Below, in pieces: positions 9,406 to 17,863 of a DNA stretch of 64,000 nucleotides. The number at the start of each line of letters is the position of its first letter. Positions within the stretch are counted from its first letter, which is position 1. The stretch is from Gammaproteobacteria bacterium. GTDB taxonomy: Bacteria > Pseudomonadota > Gammaproteobacteria > Natronospirales > DASSBR01. The notes under the pieces were generated by a model. That model made no database searches. It was given only the letters and a program-made list of their open reading frames with translations, and was not told where the DNA came from. The position numbers and the translations under genes were made by a program. The DNA is taken from positions 8,870 through 72,869 of the forward strand of contig DASSTE010000035.1 in NCBI GenBank assembly GCA_035708085.1, given 5' to 3'.

Positions 9406-10125
9406 TCACAACTCGCTGTGCAGCCCGCACTCGCGCTGCAAGCCGAAGAAGCGGGTCTCCTCCTCGCGCATCCCCGGCTCCAGCGGCCGCGTCGTGTGCA
9501 CGTCGCCGATCGACACGTAGCCCTGCTCCCACAACGGGTGATACGGCAGCCGGTGGCGCCGCAGATACACCCACACGTCGCGGTTCGACCAATCGGCGAT
9601 CGGATGCACCTTGTAGCGGCCGTTGCGGTATTCGACGTAGCGCGTGGCGCGCCGGCTGGTGGCCTGCACGCGGCGCAGCCCGGAAAACCAGGTGCCGGCG
9701 TCGAGGTCAGCCAGCGCGCGGCGCATCGGCTCGACCTTGTTGATGCGGTTGTAGCGGCGCAGGCCCGCGGTGCCCTGCTCCCATAACTTGCCGTAGCGCG
9801 CTTCCTGCCACGCGGGGCTGCGCGCCGGGCGGTACACGCGCAGGTTGAGCCGGAACCGCTCCGTCAGCCGGTCGACGAAGCGGTAGGTTTCAGCGAACAG
9901 GTAGCCGGTGTCGATCAGGATCACCGGGATGTTCGGCATGAGCCGCGTCAGCAGGTGCAGCGACACGGCGGCTTGCGCGCCAAAACTCGATGACAGCACG
10001 TGCGCGCCGGGCAGGTGCGTCAGCGCCCATGCAGCGCGCGCTTGCGCATCCAATCGTTCGAGTTGTTGATTAAGTGCCGGCAGTGGCGCCGGCGGCATGA
10101 TCGATAAGGCGGTGCAGTCATCCAT
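9406..10125 (-). CDS. cysH: Phosphoadenosine phosphosulfate (PAPS) reductase
   Basis: ORF trimmed to MDDCTALS (ATG at 10125, GAGGAGGA RBS 7 nt upstream). It has the PP-loop [10 protein letters not shown] and the C-terminal ECGLH motif. No CC..CXXC Fe-S motif was seen, so it looks like the PAPS type. Confidence 0.88.
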   Translation of the reverse strand: MDDCTALSIMPPAPLPALNQQLERLDAQARAAWALTHLPGAHVLSSSFGAQAAVSLHLLTRLMPNIPVILIDTGYLFAETYRFVDRLTERFRLNLRVYRPARSPAWQEARYGKLWEQGTAGLRRYNRINKVEPMRRALADLDAGTWFSGLRRVQATSRRATRYVEYRNGRYKVHPIADWSNRDVWVYLRRHRLPYHPLWEQGYVSIGDVHTTRPLEPGMREEETRFFGLQRECGLHSEL

Positions 10126-10254
10126 GGTTGTCCTCCTCGTATGGAACACCGTAACCGGCACCACCGCGTTCAGTGCGGACGCACCGCACAGAAAATCGGT
10201 CCGGTATATGACCCGTTGCAGAACCGGAAGTTCGATCACGCTTTACTCCAAAAA

Positions 10255-10273
10255 CGAGAATCATTATCATTTC
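10255..10273. promoter_or_regulatory. Fur-box-like site upstream of the iron cluster
   Basis: cGAGAATCATTATCATTTC matches the 19-bp Fur consensus GATAATGATTATCATTATC at about 14 of 19 positions. It ends 5 nt before the predicted ATG at 10279. Confidence 0.55.
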
Positions 10274-10278
10274 GGTTC

Positions 10279-11715
10279 ATGAGCACCGCCAGCCGCCGCC
10301 TGCACGACATTCCGGTCCGCGTCGAATCGCCGCGGCAGGGGCCACGCGCGAAGGCAGTCGAGCGTTTCGTCGTGCGCCATCGCGACCTGCTGGCGTGGAT
10401 TCACGTCGGCATGTTCGTCGGCTTCATGGTGCTGCTGATCGTGCCGCTGTTGCTGCCGCTGCCGGGCGATAAAGCCACCATCTTCAACAATTTCACCCGC
10501 TTCGCGAACTACCTGATCTGGGGACTGTGGTTCCCGCTGGTGTTCGTATCGGTGATCTTCGCCGGCCGCCTGTGGTGCGGCGTGCTCTGCCCGCTCGGCG
10601 CGGCGTCGGAATGGGCCAACGGGATCGGCCTCAAGCGCCCGGTGCCGCGCTGGGTGCGCTGGCGCGGCACGCCGATCGTCAGCTTCATGTTCATCACGAT
10701 TCTCGGCCAGACGGTCGGCGTACGCGACTACGCAACGGCGATCGCCGAAGTATTCGGCTTTACGTTCGTCGGCGCGATTCTGCTCGGCCTGATGTACGGC
10801 CAGGGCAAACAGAAGCGCGCCTGGTGCCGGCACATGTGCCCGATCGGCCTGATGCTGGGCGTGTTTTCGCGTCTCGGCGCGGTGCAGCTCTGGCCCAAGC
10901 GCAAACGCGCGGGCGGCGACGCATACGCGAACAAGGGCGTGTGCCCGACGATGATCGACATCAACCGCAAGGAAGAGTCGCGCCACTGCATCCAGTGTTT
11001 TCGTTGCGTGCACCCGGGCAAGCGCGGCGGGCTGAAAATGCTGTTTCGCCGTCCCGGCGAGGAAGTCGCGCGCATCCGCCACCACAACCCGAACGCGGCG
11101 GAAATCTGGTTTTTGTTTCTCGCCACCGGCGTGTCGCTGGGCGGCTTTCTGTGGCTGGTGATGCCGCAATACCAGGCGCTCCGGCAGATGGTCGGCGTCT
11201 GGGCGATCAACCACGGCTGGTACTGGATCGGCACGTCCGGTCCGGCGTGGCTGATGTCGGTGCACCCGGCGGCGCGCGAAGTGTTCACCTGGCTCGACTT
11301 TTTCATGATCGTCGGGGTGATGCTCGGCTGCGCGGTGGTGCTGACCGCCGTGCTGACGATCTGCACGTCCATCTCCGCACGCATCGCCGGCTGGCTGGGC
11401 GCCGACGGCACGCCGTGGCAGCGGTTTGTCGAACTGGCGTATCAGTACATGCCGGTAGCGATGGTGTCGCTGGTGATCGGCCTCGGCGGCGACCTGTTTC
11501 AGTCGTTCGAGCTGGCGGGCGTGAGCGCCACTATGGTGGCGGCGATCAAGGCGCTGCTGTTTGCCGGCAGTCTCGCCTGGAGCATCGGCTTGGGCCATCG
11601 CCTCGCCGGCACGCAAGGTCTCGCCGGCGCGCGCCGCTGGGTCGCGCTCGCGCCGTGCGTGATCGGCAGCCTGATGATTGGACTGGCGTGGTGGCCGGCC
11701 ATTTTCGGCGTTTGA
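10279..11715 (+). CDS. Polytopic membrane 4Fe-4S (polyferredoxin, NapH/FtrD-like) protein
   Basis: ORF 10141..11715 trimmed to MSTASRRL. It carries two CxxxCP(L/I)G motifs (CGVLCPLG, CRHMCPIG) plus CPTM..CIQCFRCV, and many TM segments. No REXXE permease motif was seen. Confidence 0.75.
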   Translation: MSTASRRLHDIPVRVESPRQGPRAKAVERFVVRHRDLLAWIHVGMFVGFMVLLIVPLLLPLPGDKATIFNNFTRFANYLIWGLWFPLVFVSVIFAGRLWCGVLCPLGAASEWANGIGLKRPVPRWVRWRGTPIVSFMFITILGQTVGVRDYATAIAEVFGFTFVGAILLGLMYGQGKQKRAWCRHMCPIGLMLGVFSRLGAVQLWPKRKRAGGDAYANKGVCPTMIDINRKEESRHCIQCFRCVHPGKRGGLKMLFRRPGEEVARIRHHNPNAAEIWFLFLATGVSLGGFLWLVMPQYQALRQMVGVWAINHGWYWIGTSGPAWLMSVHPAAREVFTWLDFFMIVGVMLGCAVVLTAVLTICTSISARIAGWLGADGTPWQRFVELAYQYMPVAMVSLVIGLGGDLFQSFELAGVSATMVAAIKALLFAGSLAWSIGLGHRLAGTQGLAGARRWVALAPCVIGSLMIGLAWWPAIFGV

Positions 11716-11742
11716 ACGCGCTTTTTGCGAGGAGTACTCCAA

Positions 11743-12282
11743 ATGAAAAATATCCCGGCCCGCCTGGCCGCTGTATCGCTTGCGCTGCTGGTGGCTGCGC
11801 CGGCCTTCGCCGCCGAACATCGTATCGGCGGCGAGCCGATCCTCAAGAACGGCCTGATCGTTTCCGCCGTTTACCTGCAGCCGGTACACATGGCGCCGAT
11901 GCTTCCCGGGATGGACGCGGCAAAGACGGACGTGCATCTCGAAGCCGACATTCACGCCGACAAGAACAACCCGCAGGGGTTCAATCCAGGGGCCTGGATG
12001 CCGTATTTGACGATCACCTACCACATCACCAAGAAAGGCAGCGACTGGGATGCGTTCGGCAAGTTCATGCCGATGGTCGCGAACGACGGGCCGCACTACG
12101 GCGCCAACGTGAAGCTCGACGGTCCCGGCAAGTATCACCTGGCCTACCGCATCCTGCCGCCGCCCTACGCCGGGTTCTTCCGGCATACCGACAAGGAAAC
12201 CGGCGTTGCCGAGTGGTGGAAGCCGTTTACGGTGAATTGGGATTTCGTATACGTGGGAGTGGGCAAGAAAGGCGGTTATTAA
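11743..12282 (+). CDS. Periplasmic P19/FtrA-type (Tpd, COG3470-like) iron-binding protein
   Basis: ATG at 11743 with a GAGGAG RBS and the signal peptide MKNIPARLAAVSLALLVAAPAFA. HLEADIHA, GAWMPYLTI and GPHYGANV are characteristic of P19/FtrA. Confidence 0.8.
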   Translation: MKNIPARLAAVSLALLVAAPAFAAEHRIGGEPILKNGLIVSAVYLQPVHMAPMLPGMDAAKTDVHLEADIHADKNNPQGFNPGAWMPYLTITYHITKKGSDWDAFGKFMPMVANDGPHYGANVKLDGPGKYHLAYRILPPPYAGFFRHTDKETGVAEWWKPFTVNWDFVYVGVGKKGGY

Positions 12283-12302
12283 AATAAAAAAGCCTCCCTA
12301 AC

Positions 12303-13442
12303 ATGCCTTTAGCAAGACGAGCCGGCCGGGCGGCGCTGCTTTTCACCTTCGCCGCATTCTGCTGTGCCGCGCAGGCGTATGCCGACCCTGATCCGATCGA
12401 CTTCGGCGCCGATTACACGCAGGACTTTCTCTACAACGCGGCCGGCGGCCTCAACCGCGGTGGCGGCGCGCCCGGCATCGTCCACTTCAACGGCACGTTC
12501 GATAGCGGAAGTGGCAATGTTGTCTACGCTGACATGCTCGGCACGTTCGGCGGCTCGATTTCGAACCAGGTCGGCGACCGGCAGGGCGTCTCCAACGTCG
12601 CCGCGCACAACACATTCAAGCTCTACAAAGCCTGGTACCAGCATTCGTTCGGCGCGTCCGGCGTCAGCGCCCGGCTGGGGCTGCAGGATTACGCGGCGCT
12701 GTTCAACATGCTCGGCCCGGCGCAGTTGTTTCTCAACAGTTCGTTCGGCACCGATCCGACCATTTCGCAGGTCGCACCGAGCATTTTCCCGACGACCGCG
12801 CTCGGCGCGGTCGTGCGCTGGCAGTCCGCGAGCGGCTTCTACGCGATGGGCGGCGTGTACGACGGCGTGCCGGGCGAGCCCGGCCACCCGGCCGGCACAC
12901 ACATCGCGTGGCATTCGCATGACGGTGCGTTTTCGGCGCTCGAACTCGGCCTGGCCGCCAATACGCAACGGCCTTGCAAAGTGGCCGTTGGCGGCTGGTA
13001 TCGCAGCACCGATTACGTCGACGCATTGGGCCGGCCGCGCAGCAGCGACGGCGGTGTGTATGCGATCGGCTCGGTACGCGTCGCCGGCGGCCCCGCGAGA
13101 CCGGCGACGTCGCTGTTTCTGCAAGTCGGCCGCGCGCGCGGCGACCGTAACCCGCTGCATGGCTACGTCGGCGCGGGTGTTACCGTCGCCGGCCCGATAG
13201 CCGGCCGGCCCGACGATACCTTCGGCTTCGGTGTCGCCCGCGCCGCCACGAGCGACCTGTTCCGACGCGTCACGGCGGCCCCGGCCGCGGCGGAAACGGC
13301 GATCGAACTGAGCTATCAGGCGGTGCTGACGCCGCGTTTCGTGCTCCAGCCGGACGTGCAGTACGTCGTTCATCCGGGCGGCACCGAGCGCATCGACAAT
13401 GCGTGGGTCATCGGAATGCGCGTGGCTTACGAGTGGCCGTGA
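12303..13442 (+). CDS. OprB-family (carbohydrate-selective-like) outer-membrane porin
   Basis: 379-aa ORF with a signal peptide ending AQAYA. It has alternating beta-strand character and the terminal sequence VAYEW(P). Confidence 0.7.
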   Translation: MPLARRAGRAALLFTFAAFCCAAQAYADPDPIDFGADYTQDFLYNAAGGLNRGGGAPGIVHFNGTFDSGSGNVVYADMLGTFGGSISNQVGDRQGVSNVAAHNTFKLYKAWYQHSFGASGVSARLGLQDYAALFNMLGPAQLFLNSSFGTDPTISQVAPSIFPTTALGAVVRWQSASGFYAMGGVYDGVPGEPGHPAGTHIAWHSHDGAFSALELGLAANTQRPCKVAVGGWYRSTDYVDALGRPRSSDGGVYAIGSVRVAGGPARPATSLFLQVGRARGDRNPLHGYVGAGVTVAGPIAGRPDDTFGFGVARAATSDLFRRVTAAPAAAETAIELSYQAVLTPRFVLQPDVQYVVHPGGTERIDNAWVIGMRVAYEWP

Positions 13443-13479
13443 CATTGCGTTTGCGCGCGCCCGCTTCTACGATTTACCC

Positions 13480-13848
13480 ATGAGCGCCGAGGCCGCCAAT
13501 GACGCCGAGATCTGCGATGTGCGCGTACTGCACCAGGACGCCGTCACGCAGACGCGGCGCGCGTTGCCCGACGATACCCTCCTCGCCAACACCGCCGAGC
13601 TTCTGAAGCTGCTGTCCGACCCGACGCGCATCCGCGTGTTAAGCGCGCTGCGCGTATGCGAGCTGTGCGTCTATGATCTGGCGGCGGTGCTCGGCATGAG
13701 CGAGTCGACCGTGTCACACCAGTTGCGCGTACTGCGCGCAGCGCGGCTGGTGCGGCATCGCAAGGAAGGCCGCCACGTGTTTTACCGCCTCTCGGACGAG
13801 CACGTGTTTTCGATTCTCGATGCGGCCCGCGATCACACGCAGGAATAA
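13480..13848 (+). CDS. ArsR/SmtB-family metalloregulator
   Basis: ORF trimmed to MSAEAAND. It contains LLSDPTRIRVLSAL, the metal-site motif ELCVYDLA, and SHQLRVLRAARLV (HTH). Confidence 0.88.
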   Translation: MSAEAANDAEICDVRVLHQDAVTQTRRALPDDTLLANTAELLKLLSDPTRIRVLSALRVCELCVYDLAAVLGMSESTVSHQLRVLRAARLVRHRKEGRHVFYRLSDEHVFSILDAARDHTQE

Positions 13849-13852
13849 AATC

Positions 13853-13891
13853 CGTCATGCCAGCGAAGGCTGAACCTTTGCTGGCATGACG
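13853..13891. repeat. Palindromic REP-like hairpin (family C)
   Basis: cgtcatgccagc-15 nt-gctggcatgacg has perfect 12-bp arms. The loop begins gaaggctg, as in the copy at 5361. Confidence 0.6.
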
Positions 13892-13895
13892 AGAA

Positions 13896-13917
13896 CATAT
13901 GAACACCTGCTCATATG
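13896..13917. promoter_or_regulatory. Candidate ArsR/SmtB operator (10-2-10 inverted repeat) at the CDF gene start
   Basis: CATATGAACA-cc-TGcTCATATG has one mismatch and contains the TGAACA half-site known for CzrA/SmtB-type operators. It overlaps the ATG at 13915. Confidence 0.45.
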
Positions 13918-14835
13918 AGCGATAATAGCGCAATGCCTCACAGCCACAGCCACGACCGCACCAGCGAGAGCCGCCTGTTCTGGACGATGGTGTTGCTGGG
14001 CGTATTCGTCGCGATCGAGTTCCTGGGCGGCGTTTATGCGAATTCGCTGGCGCTGATGGCCGACTCCGGCCACCAGCTCGCCGACACCGCATCGCTGGCG
14101 CTCGCGTGGTACGCGGCGCGCGCCGCCGGCAAGCCCGCGACCGCCGAGCATTCGTTCGGCTATCATCGCTTCCAGGTGCTCGCCGCGCTGATCAACGGCG
14201 GCGTACTGATCGCGCTGTCGGTCTGGATCGTCGTCGAGGCGGTTACGCGCTTCATCACTCCCGAGGGAGTGCACGGCGCGCTGATGCTGGCGGTCGCGGT
14301 CGTGGGCCTCATCGTCAATGTAATCGCGTTCTTCATCCTGAACAGCGGCGACCGCACCAGCCTCAACATCCGTGCGGCGATCCTGCACGCGCTCGGCGAC
14401 CTGCTCGGCTTCGCGGGCGCGATTGCGGCGGCGCTGATCATCATGTGGGCCGGCTGGATGTTTGCCGATCCGATCCTGTCGGTAATCGTCGCCGTGCTGA
14501 TCGTCCGCGGCGCATGGCGGCTGTGGCGCGAGTCGTGGCACATCCTGATGCAGGGCCGCCCGCCGCACATTGATCCGCGCGAGGTGCGCGAGGTCATCCC
14601 GCGCGAAGTGCCCGAGGTCGCGAACGTCCACCACGTGCATGCGTGGTCGCTGACCGAATCACAGGCGATGGTGACGCTGCACGCGTGCGTGCCGGGCAAC
14701 GTCGATCAGGACGAGGTCATCGCCCGCATTCGCGTCTGGCTGGAAAAACGCTTCGACGTGCATCACAGCACGATCCAGATCGAGCACGGCGCGTGCATCG
14801 ACGGGCGCTGCAAGATCAGCAAAGAGGAACACTGA
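13915..14835 (+). CDS. Cation diffusion facilitator (CzcD/ZitB-type Zn/Co/Cd efflux)
   Basis: 306-aa ORF with a His-rich N-terminus (MPHSHSHD), ALMADSGHQLAD, HALGDLLG and a C-terminal cytoplasmic domain. An alternative start lies at Met7. Confidence 0.9.
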   Translation: MSDNSAMPHSHSHDRTSESRLFWTMVLLGVFVAIEFLGGVYANSLALMADSGHQLADTASLALAWYAARAAGKPATAEHSFGYHRFQVLAALINGGVLIALSVWIVVEAVTRFITPEGVHGALMLAVAVVGLIVNVIAFFILNSGDRTSLNIRAAILHALGDLLGFAGAIAAALIIMWAGWMFADPILSVIVAVLIVRGAWRLWRESWHILMQGRPPHIDPREVREVIPREVPEVANVHHVHAWSLTESQAMVTLHACVPGNVDQDEVIARIRVWLEKRFDVHHSTIQIEHGACIDGRCKISKEEH

Positions 14836-14886
14836 ATGCGGCCGTGGTAGCATCATGCCATCGGAACAGGAAGCCGGAGTTCAAGA

Positions 14887-15651
14887 ATGAAAAGACCCGT
14901 CAAGATGATCATCGGCGTCGTCATCGCCATCCTGATCGTTCTCGGCATCATCTTCTGGCTGGTCTGGGCGAGCCGCAACACCATTATCGCGAGCGCGATT
15001 GAAAACTACGGGCCCAAGCTGACCGGCACGTCCGTGAGTGTCGGCAAGGTGGACCTGTCGCTTGGCAACGGCACGGTCGAGCTGCATAACCTGACGATCG
15101 GCAACCCGCAGGGATACCACTCTCCTTACGCGCTCAAGCTCAAGGACATCAAGATCGGCCTCGAACTCTCGTCGTTGACGAGCAACACCATCGTCATGAA
15201 TGAAGGCATCGTCGACAGCGCAAGCGTCAACGCCGAATTCCAGAACGGCAAAAGCAACCTGCAGCAGATCATGGACAATCTGCAGCAGTTCATCGGGCCG
15301 TCCAGGCCCAACCCGCAGCAGCCGGCAACGCAGAAGAAATTCATCGTCAAGACGGCGCGTTTCACCAACGGCCACGCGGCGCTGATGCTCGACAAGGCGA
15401 ATGTGAATCGCTCGGTCGCCATTCCGGAGATCTCGATCCACGACATCGGCGTCAAGACGAACGGTGTCGATGCGGCCGAACTCGCGCGCCAGTTGCTGCA
15501 ACCGGTGATCCAGCGGGTGCTGGACGAGGCGCGCGGCCAGGTGAAACAGAAGGCGGAAAAAGCGCTGCAAAAGAAGGAAAACGAGCTGAAGCAGAAAGCA
15601 AAGAAGAAGCTGCAGGACAGGCTCAAGCAGCTCGGCCAGCCGCCGGCATAG
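14887..15651 (+). CDS. Hypothetical N-terminally anchored protein with Lys-rich C-terminal tail (possibly AsmA/DUF748-like)
   Basis: 254-aa ORF with one N-terminal TM (MIIGVVIAILIVLGIIFWLVW) and the tail KQKAEKALQKKENELKQKAKKKLQDRLKQ. G+C looks lower than in the neighbouring genes. Confidence 0.6.
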   Translation: MKRPVKMIIGVVIAILIVLGIIFWLVWASRNTIIASAIENYGPKLTGTSVSVGKVDLSLGNGTVELHNLTIGNPQGYHSPYALKLKDIKIGLELSSLTSNTIVMNEGIVDSASVNAEFQNGKSNLQQIMDNLQQFIGPSRPNPQQPATQKKFIVKTARFTNGHAALMLDKANVNRSVAIPEISIHDIGVKTNGVDAAELARQLLQPVIQRVLDEARGQVKQKAEKALQKKENELKQKAKKKLQDRLKQLGQPPA

Positions 15652-15679
15652 CCAACTGCGGATAGATCAACATTTCCTC

Positions 15680-15723
15680 TTGACAATCGCCGATTCGCCG
15701 TCTACTGTTGATGCATCAACAGT
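15680..15723 (+). promoter_or_regulatory. Sigma70-like promoter with a perfect 20-bp palindromic operator
   Basis: TTGACA (15680-85), a 17-nt spacer, then TACTGT (15703-08). ACTGTTGATGCATCAACAGT (15704-15723) is a perfect palindrome overlapping the -10 box and the likely transcription start. Confidence 0.55.
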
Positions 15724-15743
15724 TAGACCCGGATGAATCGAGT

Positions 15744-16136
15744 ATGAACCAGGCCCTGCACGCCAAACTCGGGCGGCGCGAAAGCCAGATCATGGACATC
15801 GTCTACCGCGAAGGCGAAGCCACCGCGGAGTCGATTCGCGAAGCGCTGCCCGCGCCCCAGCCGTCGAATTCTTCAGTGCGCTCAATGCTGCGACTGCTGG
15901 AAGACAAGGGGCATCTCGCCCACCGCCGCGACGGGCGGCGCTTCATCTATCGCCCCAGCGTACCGACGAAGCGCGCGCGCCGCTCGGCGCTCAACCACCT
16001 CGTGGACACTTTTTTCGGCGGCTCGACGCGAACGGCCGTCGCGACGCTGTTGTCGATGCGCGCATCGAAGCTGTCGGAAGCGGAACTGACCGAGTTGTCC
16101 GAACTCATCGACCAAGCCAAACGGAAGGAGAAATGA
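15744..16136 (+). CDS. BlaI/MecI/CopY-family transcriptional repressor
   Basis: ORF 15708..16136 trimmed to MNQALHAKLGRRESQIMDIVY, because the TTG/ATG at 15708-11 lie inside the operator palindrome. The length (130 aa) and the winged-helix stretch (SSVRSMLRLLEDKGHL) fit the family. Confidence 0.8.
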   Translation: MNQALHAKLGRRESQIMDIVYREGEATAESIREALPAPQPSNSSVRSMLRLLEDKGHLAHRRDGRRFIYRPSVPTKRARRSALNHLVDTFFGGSTRTAVATLLSMRASKLSEAELTELSELIDQAKRKEK

Positions 16137-17863
16137 TCATGGATATACAAGCTGCTGTTTTTGCGGCCGGGGGCGTGCTCGCCGGGACGCTTGCCAAGGG
16201 CGCGCTGCTGCTGGCAGTCGCAGCGCTGTTTTCCTTCTGCCTGCGCCGCCGCGCGTCGGCTTCGGTTCGCCACGTCGTCTGGCATCTCGCCTTCGTCGGC
16301 TTGTTGGTACTGCCGCTCGTCGCGGCGCTGGGGCCGACATTCCGGTTGCCGGGGCTGCCGTTCAACGCGGCATCGGCGCCGCCCGCTTTGCGAGCCACTG
16401 CGTCGCCACAAGCTGCACCGGCGCTGGCGCAAACCGGACCTGAGTCGCAAGTGGCGGACGGGGCCGACTTGCCGGCGACGTGGGTTGAAAATGCCGCTCC
16501 GTCGCCGGGCAATTCGGCGCCGCCCGCCTGGCTCACGGCACTGCTGCTGGCCTGGGCGCTCGGCGCAGCCGCGCTGCTGGCACGCCTCGGCGACGGCCTC
16601 ATGCGGATCGCGCGACTCAGTCGCCGCGCCGACGCCGTCGACGATCAGGGCTGGCATGCCTTGGCCGGCGACATCTCAGACCGGCTCGGCCTGCGTCGCA
16701 AGGTCGTGCTTCGCTGCCACCGCGACATCGAGATGCCGATGACGTTCGGCATCCGCCGGCCGGTGATCCTGCTCCCGGCTGCCGCCGCCGACTGGCCAAT
16801 CGGCAAGCGCCGCCTGGTGCTGCTGCACGAGTTGGCACACGTCCGCCGTGGCGATGCGCTGACGCAACTCATCATGCAGATCGCCCGCGCGCTGCACTGG
16901 CCGAACCCGCTGGCCTGGGCGGGCGCACGTCGCTTCCTGCTGACGCGCGAACAGGCCTGCGACGACCGCGTCATCAGTGCCGGTGCGCGGCCAAGCGATT
17001 ATGCCGGCCAACTCGTCGAGGTGGCACGCGGGCTGAAGCGTGCTTCGGCATTCGCCGCCACGCCGGCAATGGCCGAGCCCAGCGAACTCCGGACCCGCAT
17101 CCAGTCGATCCTCGACGAGCATCGCCGGCGACGGGGCCTGTCGCGCTCCGGCACTGTCGCAATGACGGCTCTCGCGCTCGCGATCGTGGTGCCGCTTGCA
17201 TCGCTGCGCCCCGCCGCAGCCGCGACGGCGCAAAGCGACTCATCGGCCGGCATCGCGCAACGGCAGGCCGCCGAACAGCCTGCACGAGCCATTACGGCGG
17301 CCCGCGAACAAGCGGAGGCTGAGCGTGACAAGGCCCGCGCGAAGGCGGAGGCGCAGCGCGAAATAGCCGTGGCGCAGCGGGAATACGCCGTCGCGGCGCG
17401 TGAAAAGGCCGCTGAGAAGCGCGCGAAGGCGGAGGCAAAACGCGCCGCCGCTCATTACCATCACGCGACCGACCCGCAAACGCAAATTCAGGAGCGCGCC
17501 GTGTTTGCGCTGTCGCAACTGCCGGCGAAGCAAAGCGTACCGCGCCTGATCGAGATCGCGAAGTCGAACGGTAATGAGGCCGTCCGGGAAAAGGCGGTAT
17601 TTTGGCTGGGACAAATCGGCAGCCCGAAGGCCGTCGCGTTCCTCAATAAATTCATCGCGAGCGACGCACCGCTCGAATTGCGCGAGAAAGCGTTGTTCGG
17701 CATTTCGCAGTTACCAAAAAACAGCGTGCCGCTGCTTATCAAGGTCGCGAAGCACGGCTCCAATCAGGGCCTGCGCGAAAGAGCGATCTTTTGGCTTGGT
17801 CAGAGCCAGGATCCGCGCGCAGCCCAGGCGCTGATGGATATCGTGCAGGGGCGGTCGAAATGA
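16133..17863 (+). CDS. BlaR1-type M56 membrane metalloprotease with C-terminal coiled-coil and HEAT-like repeats
   Basis: 576-aa ORF whose start overlaps the blaI-like stop. It has N-terminal TMs and the zinc motif HELAHVRRGD. A further TM is followed by a charged coiled-coil (AEAERDKARAKAEAQREIAVAQREYAVAAREKAAEKRAKAEAKRAAA). Repeats of the type VREKAVFWLGQ and LRERAIFWLGQ follow. Confidence 0.85.
   Translation: MIMDIQAAVFAAGGVLAGTLAKGALLLAVAALFSFCLRRRASASVRHVVWHLAFVGLLVLPLVAALGPTFRLPGLPFNAASAPPALRATASPQAAPALAQTGPESQVADGADLPATWVENAAPSPGNSAPPAWLTALLLAWALGAAALLARLGDGLMRIARLSRRADAVDDQGWHALAGDISDRLGLRRKVVLRCHRDIEMPMTFGIRRPVILLPAAAADWPIGKRRLVLLHELAHVRRGDALTQLIMQIARALHWPNPLAWAGARRFLLTREQACDDRVISAGARPSDYAGQLVEVARGLKRASAFAATPAMAEPSELRTRIQSILDEHRRRRGLSRSGTVAMTALALAIVVPLASLRPAAAATAQSDSSAGIAQRQAAEQPARAITAAREQAEAERDKARAKAEAQREIAVAQREYAVAAREKAAEKRAKAEAKRAAAHYHHATDPQTQIQERAVFALSQLPAKQSVPRLIEIAKSNGNEAVREKAVFWLGQIGSPKAVAFLNKFIASDAPLELREKALFGISQLPKNSVPLLIKVAKHGSNQGLRERAIFWLGQSQDPRAAQALMDIVQGRSK

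Noticed and set aside
10267-12186. 639-aa minus-strand ORF antisense to the polyferredoxin and P19 genes
   Set aside because: Its composition is Arg/Ala/Gly/His-rich and low-complexity with no recognisable motifs, typical of shadow ORFs in GC-rich DNA. The plus-strand genes have clear motifs, signal peptides and RBSs.
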